Positions 18,687-28,190 of a DNA stretch of 36,009 nt are shown here, in pieces (position 1 is the first letter of the stretch; each line of letters begins with the position of its first letter). The position numbers and the translations under genes were made by a program. The stretch lies in IMG/VR virus record IMGVR_UViG_3300032216_001733, positions 1 to 36,009 of that record; one strand, written 5' to 3'. The notes under the pieces were generated by a model, which ran no database searches, had not been told where the DNA came from, and saw only the letters and a program-made list of their open reading frames with translations. The stretch comes from a virus. Taxonomy: Duplodnaviria; Caudoviricetes.

Positions 18687-19170
18687 TAATACATCAGTAA
18701 TGTATACTGAAGAACAATTGATGGCTCGCCTGAAATTCTTTATCGGCATTTGTCTATCATTGACATTGTTTGGTATTGTGTTTGTCGTGTTATATTCTTT
18801 GATTTTTGTAACACAACCTCTTAACGCAATTAGCCCAATCGATCAAAAGTTTTTTGAGTTAATTATTCCTATTGCTACATTCTTAACTGGTACACTATCA
18901 GGTATTATGTTAGCAAGTGGCGATAAGGATGCACAAAAGATGGCACTACAGGCAGCAACAAGGCCAACAACAGTATCGCCTTCTCCAACTGGTCCTAGTT
19001 CTTTTGGTGCACCACCTAGTTTTAACTCACCAATGACACCTAGTTTTGGAAGTGCGCCATTGAGTGTGACTCCATCATTCACAGCACCACCAGCACCATT
19101 TACACCTGGTGTTGTAATGAGTTCTTCTGGTAAACCAATGCCAATTCAACCACCTCAACCGGAGTTATAA
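18676..19170 (+). CDS. Two-TM membrane protein with Pro-rich tail
   Basis: GTG start at 18676 with AAGGAG RBS; two hydrophobic helices. Confidence 0.65.
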   Translation: MENNNTSVMYTEEQLMARLKFFIGICLSLTLFGIVFVVLYSLIFVTQPLNAISPIDQKFFELIIPIATFLTGTLSGIMLASGDKDAQKMALQAATRPTTVSPSPTGPSSFGAPPSFNSPMTPSFGSAPLSVTPSFTAPPAPFTPGVVMSSSGKPMPIQPPQPEL

Positions 19171-19391
19171 TGAGTTGGTTATCTAGTATGTTGGCTGATG
19201 GTGTCAATGGTTCAGTAAGTAGTAAAAGAGTTATAACACTACTCGCTTTTTTGCTTTGTGCTATTGCATTTATGGTAGATTTATTTACCGAACATAAAAC
19301 ACGACCAGAATTGTTTAATTCGATGATGTATATTGTAATTGCAGGTTTAGGTTTTACTGCGTCCGAAAAATTTGTAAAAAAGGAAATATAA
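19170..19391 (+). CDS. Holin-like two-TM membrane protein
   Basis: 73 aa, SSKRV, two TM helices, basic C-terminus, near the endolysin. Confidence 0.55.
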   Translation: MSWLSSMLADGVNGSVSSKRVITLLAFLLCAIAFMVDLFTEHKTRPELFNSMMYIVIAGLGFTASEKFVKKEI

Positions 19392-19568
19392 ATGAAAAAG
19401 TCACTAATTTTAATTCTTGCAACAACTTTTAGTTTTTCTGTTTTTGCTGCAGGTGAAGTTCAAACAGCTTGTGTAAAAAATGAGAAAACTGGTAAAGAAG
19501 TTTGTAAAAAAATTAAGGTACACAAAAAACTAGAAGTTGAAAAGCCATCTGCACCAACAAAAAAATAA
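19392..19568 (+). CDS. Small secreted protein, 58 aa (not in ORF track)
   Basis: RBS AAGGA; MKKSLILILATTFSFSVFA signal peptide; mature part Lys-rich with two Cys. Confidence 0.7.
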   Translation: MKKSLILILATTFSFSVFAAGEVQTACVKNEKTGKEVCKKIKVHKKLEVEKPSAPTKK

Positions 19569-19982
19569 ATGGCAGATAACGACTTAATCAATGATGTAGG
19601 AGTATTAAAAGGCCAAGTATCGGCTTTATCTCTTATTGCGTCTAAAATGGATGTCATCATTGATAAGTTGGTCGACCAACACGATAGACAAATAACAAAG
19701 ATATATGACGATATGGAAAACCGAAGATTAGAAACGGAAGTTGACATTAGGGAAATCCATGATCGCATTGATACGGTATTGGAAAAAGTTCAAACTACCG
19801 AAAAAAGTATTTTAGATAAAATGGATGAATTGCGTACTTGTATTAATAACCATGGTACCAAAGAAAAAGAACAATTGGACAAATTATTACAATGGAAGTG
19901 GACAGTTGTGGGTGGTATACTAGTACTAACATGGTTGATTTCTCATGTAAATTTTGATACAATTGTAAAGAATTTCCATTAA
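19569..19982 (+). CDS. Coiled-coil protein with C-terminal TM helix
   Basis: Heptad-rich body, WKWTVVGGILVLTWLI. Confidence 0.65.
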   Translation: MADNDLINDVGVLKGQVSALSLIASKMDVIIDKLVDQHDRQITKIYDDMENRRLETEVDIREIHDRIDTVLEKVQTTEKSILDKMDELRTCINNHGTKEKEQLDKLLQWKWTVVGGILVLTWLISHVNFDTIVKNFH

Positions 19983-20003
19983 TATTATTTGACAATTTAA
20001 ATT

Positions 20004-21014
20004 ATGAGTGTTTTTATTGATAGAGCATTTTTGCTTCGGGTATCCCCTAAGCTTCCCCGTTTCTCACAGAAGAAGGAAGACCTTTATAACTTCCGCTGTC
20101 CCCTCTGTGGAGATTCCCAAAAGAATAAGACTAAAGCACGAGGTTTTGTCTATCGTAAGAAAGATGATTACTTCTATATGTGCCACAATTGTGGTGTATC
20201 GACCACATTCTATAACTTTTTAGATAAAGTTGATCCAACGCTAACCAAAGAATATGCACTCGAAAGATATAAACACGGAACGCAAAATGCTAACACACAA
20301 GCGCCTAAATTTGAACAAACGAAAACGGAAAGACCGATCTTTCGAAAAAAATTATCATTGGAATCGATTGACTTGTTACCAGAAGAGCATTTTGCTAAAA
20401 CATATGTTCAGTCGAGAAAGATTCCCAAAAATATTCATTCGCAACTATACTTTGCGCCAGATTTCCGTAAATTCATTCAAGAATTTAATGTCGAGCAAGA
20501 AGGCCTTAAAGAAAATGACCAAAGGCTCGTTATTCCATTCTACGATACAGAGAAAAACCTCGTTGCGGTACAAGGCAGGTCTCTCGGTGAGTCCAAACTC
20601 AGGTATATTACGATCAAGCTTAACGATGACTCCTTAAAGGTCTATGGACTCGATAGGATCGACCAGGAGAAACAGATTTGTGTAGTGGAAGGTCCTATTG
20701 ACAGTATGTTTTTAGACAATGCTGTAGCCACTGCGGATTCTAACTTGGAATCAATCATAAGTACATTAGACAAATCTAAAGTTACTCTGGTATTTGACAA
20801 CGAACCAAGAAATAAAGAAATTGTAAAGAAAATAGAGCACGCCATTGACAATCATTTTAATGTGGTTATTTGGCCAGAATTTATTGAAGAAAAGGATATC
20901 AACGATATGATCCTGTCTGGTTTTTCACAGGATGAAATTCAAGATATTATAGATAAAAATACCTTTCTTAATTTGAGAGCAAAAATGGAATTCATTAAGT
21001 GGAAAAAGATATAA
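20004..21014 (+). CDS. 61: T4 gp61-like DNA primase
   Basis: Zn ribbon CPLCGDS...CHNCG, TOPRIM VEGPIDSMF, FDNEPRN, KDINDM. Confidence 0.95.
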   Translation: MSVFIDRAFLLRVSPKLPRFSQKKEDLYNFRCPLCGDSQKNKTKARGFVYRKKDDYFYMCHNCGVSTTFYNFLDKVDPTLTKEYALERYKHGTQNANTQAPKFEQTKTERPIFRKKLSLESIDLLPEEHFAKTYVQSRKIPKNIHSQLYFAPDFRKFIQEFNVEQEGLKENDQRLVIPFYDTEKNLVAVQGRSLGESKLRYITIKLNDDSLKVYGLDRIDQEKQICVVEGPIDSMFLDNAVATADSNLESIISTLDKSKVTLVFDNEPRNKEIVKKIEHAIDNHFNVVIWPEFIEEKDINDMILSGFSQDEIQDIIDKNTFLNLRAKMEFIKWKKI

Positions 21015-21469
21015 TTGAGTGGGTAAAACAAATTTCGAAAAAGCGTAATGAACTTGGTGGATTTGCTATTTGTCCTTTTGCACAAAAGGCACTTAAAGAT
21101 AAAAAAATATATTGGTCATTCATAGGTTATGAACCCATAGCTTACATAAGTAGGTATATGGAAATGATGAATGAAGATTATGAGATTGTTTTGTTTTATA
21201 ATCTGAAGAAAAACTTAACCGATGAGGACTGCATTGAAGTAATCAATAAACTTAACAAAAAATTCCCCGATTTAATATTTTTAAAAGACCATCCTGATAA
21301 TCCTGGATTCATCAATGGTATTAACACCAGTAATGGTGAATATCCGGTAATTATTTCTCAACCAAAAGGAAAACTAAAAGATGCTAGGCTTGCTTTAGAG
21401 AAAACAAAATATTATGATGTCTGGAGTGATGAATACAAAAAAGAAATACTGAGTTACGGCAACGAATAA
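20999..21469 (+). CDS. Hypothetical protein
   Basis: CPFA and DHP motifs; start codon uncertain. Confidence 0.6.
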   Translation: MEKDIIEWVKQISKKRNELGGFAICPFAQKALKDKKIYWSFIGYEPIAYISRYMEMMNEDYEIVLFYNLKKNLTDEDCIEVINKLNKKFPDLIFLKDHPDNPGFINGINTSNGEYPVIISQPKGKLKDARLALEKTKYYDVWSDEYKKEILSYGNE

Positions 21470-21489
21470 CAATAAGAAAGCGAAACAGC

Positions 21490-23274
21490 ATGGAATACCT
21501 AGGTATTAATATAGATTTAGAAAGAGATAAACTGTTTGATGAATTAGGAATCAAACGATTAAAAGAAAGTTACATGAAGGAAGATGAAGAAAGTCCACAA
21601 CACAGATTTGCATATGTCAGCAAAACGTTTGGTACCAATCCAGAACATGCCCAACGATTATATGATTATAGCTCTAAGCATTGGCTATCTTATAGCACTC
21701 CCATTCTTAGTTTTGGTCGTTCTAAGCGTGGCATGCCTATATCATGTTTTCTCAATTATATCGAAGATACTGCGGAGGGACTAGTTGATAACCTATCAGA
21801 AACTAACTGGCTCTCTATGCTTGGTGGCGGTGTTGGTATTGGTTTTGGTATTCGGTCTGCCGATGATAAGTCTACTGGCGTTATGCCACATCTTAAAATT
21901 TATGATGCGAGTTCTCTCGCTTATCGGCAAGGTCGTACTCGCCGTGGTTCTTACGCCGCTTATCTTAATATTTCTCATCCTGATATCACTGCGTTCTTAG
22001 AAATGCGTAAACCAACCGGCGATCCAAATGTTCGCTGTTTGAATTTACACCACGGTATCAATATCACCGATGATTTTATGAACATACTTGAAAAATGTAT
22101 GTTAAATCCCGAAGAAGATGATTCTTGGGAATTAAAGGATCCACATTCGGGTGAAATTCGTGAAGTCGTATCTGCAAAACACCTTTGGCAGCAAATTTTA
22201 GAATTGCGTATGCACACAGGCGAACCATACATTCACTACATCGATACAAGCAATCGTGAATTACCACAATTTCTAAAAGATAAAGGTTTGAAAGTCCATC
22301 AATCAAATCTGTGTTCTGAAATTATTTTACCAACCAATGAACAGCGTACAGCGGTATGTTGTTTATCTTCTTTAAATTTGGAGAATTATGATGAATGGAA
22401 AGATAACAAACTCTTTCTTAAAGACGTTGCTGAAATGCTTGATAACGTGCTCAATTTCTTTATTGCTAATGCTCCTGATGCTATCTCTCGTGCTAGATAC
22501 TCCGCTGAACGAGAGCGCTCTATTGGCATTGGTGCTCTCGGGTTTCATGCTTATCTACAGCGTAACGGAATTGCTTTTGAAGGAGTTATGGCCAAAGTTG
22601 CAAACAATCGTATATTCAAAACTATTCGGGAAGGATTAGACATTGCAAATTATGAATTGGGTAAAGAAAGAGGTGAAGCCCCTGATGCAGTTGGCACTGG
22701 TCGTAGGTTTAGTCATGTTATGGCTATTGCTCCCAATGCTTCTTCTTCCATTATCATGGGGAATACTTCTCCTTCTATTGAACCTTACCGTGCCAATGCT
22801 TATCGGCAGGATACTCTTTCAGGTTCTTTCTTAAATAAGAATCGTTGGTTAGATAAAATTTTAAAGGAAAAACTAACAGATGAACAAGCTTACGCTGATG
22901 CTTGGTCTAGCATTATTGCTAATGATGGTTCTTGTCAGCATCTTGATATACTCTCTGAAGCAGAACGTGATGTTTTCAAAACCTCAATGGAAATTGACCA
23001 AAGATGGGTTATTGACTTGGCTGCAGACCGTCAAGCATATATTGACCAAGCACAATCATTAAATCTATTCTTTAGACCAGATGCGCACATTAAATATATT
23101 CACGCAATTCATTTCATGGCATGGAAAAAAGGATTGAAAACTTTATATTATTGCCGTTCTGAAAAGATTGGTAAAGCGGATAAAGTTTCTAAAAAGATTG
23201 AACGCCAAGTCATTAAAGAATTGGACATGACACAAATAGCACAAGGCAATGATTGTATTGCCTGCGAAGGATAA
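21490..23274 (+). CDS. nrdA: Ribonucleotide reductase class Ia alpha subunit
   Basis: ISCFL, SNLCSEI, AIAPNASSS, TLYY, C-terminal CIACEG. Confidence 0.95.
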   Translation: MEYLGINIDLERDKLFDELGIKRLKESYMKEDEESPQHRFAYVSKTFGTNPEHAQRLYDYSSKHWLSYSTPILSFGRSKRGMPISCFLNYIEDTAEGLVDNLSETNWLSMLGGGVGIGFGIRSADDKSTGVMPHLKIYDASSLAYRQGRTRRGSYAAYLNISHPDITAFLEMRKPTGDPNVRCLNLHHGINITDDFMNILEKCMLNPEEDDSWELKDPHSGEIREVVSAKHLWQQILELRMHTGEPYIHYIDTSNRELPQFLKDKGLKVHQSNLCSEIILPTNEQRTAVCCLSSLNLENYDEWKDNKLFLKDVAEMLDNVLNFFIANAPDAISRARYSAERERSIGIGALGFHAYLQRNGIAFEGVMAKVANNRIFKTIREGLDIANYELGKERGEAPDAVGTGRRFSHVMAIAPNASSSIIMGNTSPSIEPYRANAYRQDTLSGSFLNKNRWLDKILKEKLTDEQAYADAWSSIIANDGSCQHLDILSEAERDVFKTSMEIDQRWVIDLAADRQAYIDQAQSLNLFFRPDAHIKYIHAIHFMAWKKGLKTLYYCRSEKIGKADKVSKKIERQVIKELDMTQIAQGNDCIACEG

Positions 23275-23276
23275 AA

Positions 23277-24263
23277 ATGATTAAAAAAACAGAAACACAA
23301 CTAACATCCGAAAGGTCATATTTTAAACCATTCAATTATGCTTGGGCATATGACGCATGGTTAAAACACGAACAGTCACATTGGTTGCATACAGAAGTTC
23401 CTATGTTAGATGATGTTAAAGATTGGAAAAAGAAACTCACAATAGAAGAAAAACAATTTTTAACACATATCTTCCGTTTTTTCACACAAGGAGATATTGA
23501 TGTGGCCGGCGGTTATGTCAAGAATTATCTTCCTTATTTTCCACAACCAGAAATTCGTATGATGCTCTTGGGATTTGCTGCACGAGAAGCGTTACACATT
23601 GCTGCTTATTCCCACCTTATTGAAACACTAGGCCTTCCAGACACAACTTATAATGAATTTATGGCTTATGCCGAAATGAAAGAAAAACATGACTACGTTA
23701 TGGACATCTCTACTAAAAATACTACAAAAGAGAACACTGCAACTCATATTGCTGTATTCTCGGCATTTACCGAAGGTATGCAGTTGTTTAGCTCTTTTAT
23801 TATGTTACTTAATTTTCCACGACATGGCAAAATGAAAGGCATGGGACAAATTGTTACTTGGTCAATTGTGGATGAAACACAACATACCGAAAACATGGTA
23901 AAATTGTTTAGGACATATATACAAGAAAACAATGAAATTTGGAATGATGAACTCAAAGGTAGGCTTTACACTATCGCTGAGAGAATGGTAGAACTAGAAG
24001 ATAAATTTATTGACCTAGCATTTAAGATGGGCGCAATGGAAGATTTATCTGCCGAAGATGTTAAAAAGTATATTCGTTATATTGCAGACCGCCGTCTAAT
24101 CTCATTGGGATTAAAAGGTGTGTTTAAAGTGAAAAGAAATCCTCTACCATGGGTAGAAGAAATGATCAACGCACCAACACACACAAACTTCTTTGAGAAT
24201 AGAGCAACCGATTATGCAAAAGGTGCTTTATCCGGAGATTGGGGTGATGTGTGGGCAAAATAA
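23277..24263 (+). CDS. nrdB: Ribonucleotide reductase class Ia beta subunit
   Basis: W..EV.M.DD..W, REALH, EGMQLFSSF, DETQH, NFFENR. Confidence 0.95.
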   Translation: MIKKTETQLTSERSYFKPFNYAWAYDAWLKHEQSHWLHTEVPMLDDVKDWKKKLTIEEKQFLTHIFRFFTQGDIDVAGGYVKNYLPYFPQPEIRMMLLGFAAREALHIAAYSHLIETLGLPDTTYNEFMAYAEMKEKHDYVMDISTKNTTKENTATHIAVFSAFTEGMQLFSSFIMLLNFPRHGKMKGMGQIVTWSIVDETQHTENMVKLFRTYIQENNEIWNDELKGRLYTIAERMVELEDKFIDLAFKMGAMEDLSAEDVKKYIRYIADRRLISLGLKGVFKVKRNPLPWVEEMINAPTHTNFFENRATDYAKGALSGDWGDVWAK

Positions 24264-24275
24264 AAGAGTGAATAG

Positions 24276-24797
24276 ATGTCTATTCAAATATTTGATAATG
24301 TTTTAGATACAAATTATGCTAATACTTTGTTTAACGAATGTATAAATAAATTGCAAAGTGGTGATGAGCTTTGGAAAACAAATAATAGTTGGCCTGTTGG
24401 AATTATAAAAAGTAGTCATCCTGTATTGATAAGAATGATGGATCCCGCCAATACGGAAATTATTCTAAATTCTCTGTTGTCTAAAGGATTTATTCAAGAC
24501 AAAAAATATGTTGTAATGAATTATCTTTGGACAAAATTAAGTTATATTCCTTGGCATGATGATTTACATGCAACGGAAGCTATGACATTATATCTTAATC
24601 CGCAATGGGAAAATGATTGGGGTGGATATTTTCTTTATGCTGATAAATCATCTGTACGGAATCATGTATATCAATTTCAAGGATTTATTCCTAAATTTAA
24701 TACACTAGTAAAAAATAAAAATCACATACTACATTCAGTAACACAAGTATCATTAGATGTGCCATATCCTAGATGCACATTACAATTTTTTAGATAG
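24276..24797 (+). CDS. 2OG-Fe(II) oxygenase (prolyl-hydroxylase-like)
   Basis: HDD, YLNPQW...WGG, HSV, C-terminal R. Confidence 0.85.
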   Translation: MSIQIFDNVLDTNYANTLFNECINKLQSGDELWKTNNSWPVGIIKSSHPVLIRMMDPANTEIILNSLLSKGFIQDKKYVVMNYLWTKLSYIPWHDDLHATEAMTLYLNPQWENDWGGYFLYADKSSVRNHVYQFQGFIPKFNTLVKNKNHILHSVTQVSLDVPYPRCTLQFFR

Positions 24798-24805
24798 GAA
24801 TTATA

Positions 24806-24991
24806 ATGACGCAAAAACAATTATCCGGAGATTGCTCTAGCTGTGAATCAACTTATAGCATAGCATTTATGGAAGAAATGGTTTCTCAAGAACTGCCAGA
24901 GCATTGCCCATTCTGTGGCGAACAAATCGAAGAATTATCGGAAGACTATATAGAGGAAGATGATAATTTGGATGATGGAGAATGGGAATAA
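24806..24991 (+). CDS. Small Zn-ribbon protein with acidic tail
   Basis: CSSC...CPFCG; RBS AGGA. Confidence 0.7.
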   Translation: MTQKQLSGDCSSCESTYSIAFMEEMVSQELPEHCPFCGEQIEELSEDYIEEDDNLDDGEWE

Positions 24992-25428
24992 ATTGGCAAT
25001 ACAATGATAAAGATTTTACGGAAGATTTGATTGGTGATAATTACGGATTCGTTTACTTAATTACTAATAAAGCGAATAACAAAAAATACATAGGTAAGAA
25101 ATTCTTTTATTCTACCAAAACCAAACAAATCAAAGGTAAAAAGAAAAAGTATAAAGCATCAAGTGATTGGCAAACTTACTATGGAAGTAGTGCCGAACTG
25201 ACTAAAGATGTGTTACAATTAGGTCATGAACAATTCAAACGTGAAATTTTACATCTCTGCCAGTCCAAAGGCGAATGTGGTTATCTTGAAGCAAAAGAGC
25301 AATTCATCCGTGGCGTTATGGAAACGGAAGATTACTACAACAATTGGATTATGGTGCGAGTGAGAAAATCACACATCAAGGACTATAATGCTCGACTTTC
25401 TCAAGATTTACAAGGACCAAAAAATTGA
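24982..25428 (+). CDS. GIY-YIG endonuclease (T4 EndoII-like)
   Basis: GFVYLIT..YIGKK, W.TYYGSS, REIL, YYN. Confidence 0.8.
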   Translation: MGINWQYNDKDFTEDLIGDNYGFVYLITNKANNKKYIGKKFFYSTKTKQIKGKKKKYKASSDWQTYYGSSAELTKDVLQLGHEQFKREILHLCQSKGECGYLEAKEQFIRGVMETEDYYNNWIMVRVRKSHIKDYNARLSQDLQGPKN

Positions 25429-25735
25429 TTTCATGACCTTCTTTGAGGGTGATAAAGAAGATGAAATTAACATCATGGGTCAAGAATACGCAAATACGGG
25501 TGAACCTGTTGGTGCAAGTAGTTTGGGTGAAGCGTATCATATAATTCTGTTTAGAAGTCATGAAACGGAAGATAAGTATACCGATTTAGATTATTTCCAA
25601 GCAATTCTTTGCGACCCACTAGAATATATTTCCGGACTGATACCACAAGGCTGGTATGGAGTGGTTGCTCGAAAAACAACAACATCCGAACCCATTATCA
25701 CCAAACTGCTTGCCAAATGTCGTGAAACAATGTAG
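25388..25735 (+). CDS. Hypothetical protein
   Basis: RBS AAGGA; 115-aa ORF. Confidence 0.6.
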   Translation: MLDFLKIYKDQKIDFMTFFEGDKEDEINIMGQEYANTGEPVGASSLGEAYHIILFRSHETEDKYTDLDYFQAILCDPLEYISGLIPQGWYGVVARKTTTSEPIITKLLAKCRETM

Positions 25736-25738
25736 AAT
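25710..25738 (+). promoter_or_regulatory. Sigma70-type promoter upstream of rnh
   Basis: TTGCCA, 17 nt, TAGAAT. Confidence 0.6.
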
Positions 25739-25766
25739 GTAATTTTGGAAACTTTGAAAGTTTATT

Positions 25767-26606
25767 ATGATTTTAATTGATTTGAACCAAGTATTACTTG
25801 CCGGACTTATGGCACAAATTGCTAATCAAAAAGGCAAACTAGATGAACACCTCATTCGTCATATGGTATTGAATATCATTCGCAATCACATTAAGAATTT
25901 TAAGGGTGAATATGGTGAAGTAGTATTGTGTTGCGATAATCGTAAATATTGGCGCAAGGAATATTTTCCATTCTATAAAGCAAATCGTAAGAAAACCCGT
26001 GATAAGTCCGATTTAGATTGGCATTTAATATTTGATATGCTCGCTAAATTCAAACAAGAACTCAAAGATAATTTCCCATATAAAGTAATTGATGTAGAGG
26101 GCGCCGAGGCTGATGACATTATTGGTACATTAGTGCCTAGACACTCGGCACACGAAAAGATTTTGATCCTATCAAGTGATGGAGATTTTCTTCAGTTACA
26201 ACATTATAAAAATGTTAAACAATATAATCCGTCACAAAAGAAATATGTTAAGTCGGAAAATCCAATACTAGAGCTTAAGGAAAAGATTATCCGTGGAGAT
26301 AAAGGTGATGGTATACCAAATATGTTCTCGCCTTCCGATTGTTTTGTCCGTGATTTACGTCAGAAACCAATTACACAAAAAACATTGGAAAAATATTTAA
26401 CTGAAGATGTTAAAAACTTTTCACACGATGAAATTATTAATTTTGGTAGAAATCAGACGCTTATTGATTTGACTTTTATTCCAACAGAGATAAAAGAGAA
26501 GATTATAAATAGTTATGAAGAAACAAAGCCTGCTAAAGGCAAATTGCTCAATTATTTTATTGAGCATAAACTAAAGAACCTAATGGAAGTAATTGAGGAA
26601 TTTTAA
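25767..26606 (+). CDS. rnh: T4-like RNase H (5'-3' exonuclease)
   Basis: LIDLNQ, WRK..FP.YK.NR, EADDII, SSDGDF.QL, GDKGDGIPN. Confidence 0.93.
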   Translation: MILIDLNQVLLAGLMAQIANQKGKLDEHLIRHMVLNIIRNHIKNFKGEYGEVVLCCDNRKYWRKEYFPFYKANRKKTRDKSDLDWHLIFDMLAKFKQELKDNFPYKVIDVEGAEADDIIGTLVPRHSAHEKILILSSDGDFLQLQHYKNVKQYNPSQKKYVKSENPILELKEKIIRGDKGDGIPNMFSPSDCFVRDLRQKPITQKTLEKYLTEDVKNFSHDEIINFGRNQTLIDLTFIPTEIKEKIINSYEETKPAKGKLLNYFIEHKLKNLMEVIEEF

Positions 26607-27028
26607 TGAAAAACATTTATGAAGTATTTGATGAGTTTGAACAAGCATCAAATAAAAAAGAAAGAATGGATGTTATCCAAAGAAATTTATCAAAACCTTT
26701 AGTGAAGGTGCTAGAGTATACATTTCATCCGGGTTATCAATGGAAGGTTCAAGGAATTCCCGAGGACTATACATTAAAACCAATTCCACAAGGAATGTCC
26801 TACTGCCAATTGGGAACAGAGTTACGAAAGATTTATATGTTTCAAGAAGGACATCCTACGGCTGAATCTTTAACTAAAAGAAAACAAGAAGAATTATTAG
26901 TTCAATTACTTGAATCAATCGAGCCTCGTGAAGCTGAAGTTGTTATGGGTATTTTTCGAAAAAACCAAGGTGTAATGGGTTTAGATTATAAATTTGTAAA
27001 AGAAGCCTTTCCCGATCTTTTGCCTTAA
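26606..27028 (+). CDS. Conserved T4-like hypothetical protein (DUF6433-like)
   Basis: QLLESI.P.EAE...V.EAFP motif recalled from T4-like phages next to rnh; TATAAATA at 26504-26511 upstream. Confidence 0.6.
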   Translation: MKNIYEVFDEFEQASNKKERMDVIQRNLSKPLVKVLEYTFHPGYQWKVQGIPEDYTLKPIPQGMSYCQLGTELRKIYMFQEGHPTAESLTKRKQEELLVQLLESIEPREAEVVMGIFRKNQGVMGLDYKFVKEAFPDLLP

Positions 27029-27399
27029 TGAATAAAAAAGAAAAGATAATAATAATAACTGGTGAATTTGATCCTCTTGATAAGAGAGAATTAGATTTCC
27101 TAAAAAAATGTAAGCGTAAGGGAGATTGGTTAGTTGTTGGTATACATTCGGATTGGTGGATGATGTATTCTCTTGGTGGGTTCATGCAAAGCTATCAAAC
27201 TCGCAGAGAAATTATGGAGAATGTACAATTAGTTGATGAGATATTTACATTTGACGATTCTGATGGTACAGTATGTCAATTACTTAAACTTGTAAAAATT
27301 TGTTATCCAGATGCTGATATTACCTATGTATCGGAAATGGATATGCATAATATGCCAGAAACTAAAATTCGAGGCATTACTTTTGAAACTTTAAAATAG
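27028..27399 (+). CDS. Cytidylyltransferase-fold protein (RfaE/TagD-like) with degenerate HxGH
   Basis: TGEFDPLDKRE, GDWLVVGIHSD, VDE...FDDSDGT. Confidence 0.7.
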   Translation: MNKKEKIIIITGEFDPLDKRELDFLKKCKRKGDWLVVGIHSDWWMMYSLGGFMQSYQTRREIMENVQLVDEIFTFDDSDGTVCQLLKLVKICYPDADITYVSEMDMHNMPETKIRGITFETLK

Positions 27400-27409
27400 G
27401 AGAAAATAG

Positions 27410-27598
27410 GTGAGTAAGTTTGTAGGGAAGTTCCGTAAAAATAAGAATTACAATGATGATCATAATTACGATGCGAAGCGGCACCGTGATGAACATGGCG
27501 AAGTCAAGAAATTAATAAGTCAATCACTAGAAGAAGATTTGGAAAGTAGTGAGGATAAATGGGATGATGAAGCTTACCGAAATACCCATTATTATTAA
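27410..27598 (+). CDS. Hypothetical protein
   Basis: RBS AGGAG, GTG start. Confidence 0.6.
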   Translation: MSKFVGKFRKNKNYNDDHNYDAKRHRDEHGEVKKLISQSLEEDLESSEDKWDDEAYRNTHYY

Positions 27599-27600
27599 TT

Positions 27601-27618
27601 TGTTGTTTTCCAGCAACA
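27601..27618. promoter_or_regulatory. Palindromic operator-like site TGTTG-N8-CAACA
   Basis: Abuts the -35 of a perfect promoter; motif recurs at 34649 and 34819. Confidence 0.55.
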
Positions 27619-27622
27619 AGGC

Positions 27623-27651
27623 TTGACAAAATAACAAAAGTATCATATAAT
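27623..27651 (+). promoter_or_regulatory. Consensus sigma70 early promoter
   Basis: TTGACA, 17 nt, TATAAT; AGGAG RBS follows. Confidence 0.9.
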
Positions 27652-27678
27652 GTAGTTTCCATCTTAGGAGATTATATT

Positions 27679-28023
27679 ATGTTGATATACGGTTATATTC
27701 CAAAGTCTAAAAAACGTAAAGTTCCAAAATCCGCATTAGTACAAGCGGAAGAATGGAAAAAACAAATTATGGCAATATCGCCAAAAGTGAATTATTCCAC
27801 TTCCAAGAAGATTTCCAAAGCTATACCTTTGCCAAGAATTCCAGCAGGCAGGGAAACTCCCCAATATCTTTCCTTAGACACAGGTTTAGGCGTAGCTACA
27901 AAACCAAATCCCAACATTTACACAGGCACAAAAGTCAAAGGCATTGCGACCATGCACAAATCCAATGCTGTTCCTGTATTTACTGATAATGAAGCGAAAG
28001 AAATCTCAAGTATGAGAAGATAA
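27679..28023 (+). CDS. Conserved phage hypothetical protein
   Basis: YTG..VKGIATMHKSNAVPV motif; strong RBS. Confidence 0.7.
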   Translation: MLIYGYIPKSKKRKVPKSALVQAEEWKKQIMAISPKVNYSTSKKISKAIPLPRIPAGRETPQYLSLDTGLGVATKPNPNIYTGTKVKGIATMHKSNAVPVFTDNEAKEISSMRR

Positions 28024-28026
28024 TAT

Positions 28027-28182
28027 ATGATAAGCAAAGAAGATTGGCAGGAATATTCAGAATATCTGGACACTTTAACAGAAGAAGAATTTAAAATTGA
28101 GATAGAATGGTTAACTTCTATCGGCAAAGCGAAGCAAAGAGGCAGTTTTATAAGTTTTGATGAGAATTTTACTATACAATAG
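28027..28182 (+). CDS. Small hypothetical protein, 51 aa (not in ORF track)
   Basis: MISKEDWQEYSEYLDTL...; fills the gap between neighbouring genes. Confidence 0.55.
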   Translation: MISKEDWQEYSEYLDTLTEEEFKIEIEWLTSIGKAKQRGSFISFDENFTIQ

Positions 28183-28190
28183 GTGAAAAA

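Noticed and set aside
20008-20637. Alternate-frame ORFs inside primase with locally higher GC3
   Set aside because: No convincing RBS or protein features; better explained by chance or a recombined primase allele
21490-25428. Intron, intein or homing endonuclease in nrdA/nrdB
   Set aside because: Both genes are continuous and compact; the nearby GIY-YIG protein is short, lacks a DNA-binding tail and looks EndoII-like
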